A stretch of 24,000 nt of DNA, taken from assembly GCA_028282005.1 (NCBI GenBank), contig JANQIV010000107.1:1-24000 (forward strand), written 5' to 3'. The position numbers and the translations under genes are program-made. Of the stretch, positions 23,999 through 24,000 are shown in pieces. Within the stretch, counting starts at the first letter, position 1. The number at the start of each line of letters is the position of its first letter. This DNA comes from Melioribacteraceae bacterium (lineage in GTDB: Bacteria; Bacteroidota; Ignavibacteria; Ignavibacteriales; Melioribacteraceae). Below the pieces are notes generated by a model. That model was not told the origin of the DNA and did no database searches. It saw nothing but the letters and a program-made list of their open reading frames with translations.

Positions 23999-24000
23999 TA

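Noticed and set aside
1-24000. Scan for CRISPR arrays, tRNA/rRNA genes, transposases/integrases and terminal inverted repeats flanking the accessory segment
   Set aside because: None recognised. Intergenic gaps are short and AT-rich without cloverleaf-like or regularly spaced repeat structure. The rearrangement signs here are pseudogene fragments, not identifiable mobile elements.

Overview
Low-GC bacterial chromosomal window with Shine-Dalgarno-type ribosome binding sites and a T9SS-type C-terminal sorting domain. This suggests an FCB-group, Ignavibacteria-like organism, but that taxonomic guess is inference only. I found no rRNA, tRNA, CRISPR array or transposase. Left to right: (1) A tightly overlapping minus-strand housekeeping operon of prmC, dtd, an alkaline-phosphatase-fold metalloenzyme and comEC. 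The comEC gene is missing from the ORF track because it runs off the left edge. (2) A seven-blade FG-GAP/ASPIC protein with a T9SS tail. (3) The most interesting part: a five-gene minus-strand operon (5141..6595). It has three tandem short RebB ('killing trait', R-body) paralogues, a fourth divergent long paralogue and a K/A/E-rich coiled-coil protein, and it ends in a clean hairpin terminator. A very AT-rich 310 bp gap separates it from a divergently transcribed, leaderless minimal GH18-like barrel. (4) A secreted small protein, a polytopic membrane protein and an orphan HisKA_3 histidine kinase. The last two meet at a T6 run in different frames. (5) A 992-aa six-haem c-type cytochrome whose N-terminal module looks cytochrome-P460-like. 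(6) A decaying sugar-acid cluster: a kdgK fragment, an intact PfkB kinase, a LarA_N/DUF2088-like enzyme, a frameshifted and truncated gnd remnant, and a secreted cupin. (7) A complete aerobic respiration cluster: membrane cytochrome c, SCO, ctaD, ctaE, subunit IV, ctaC, ctaB and a polytopic dihaem cytochrome c. Its subunit I carries the YSHPAV signature of A2-type haem-copper oxidases. All family assignments come from motif recognition by eye; no database search was run.
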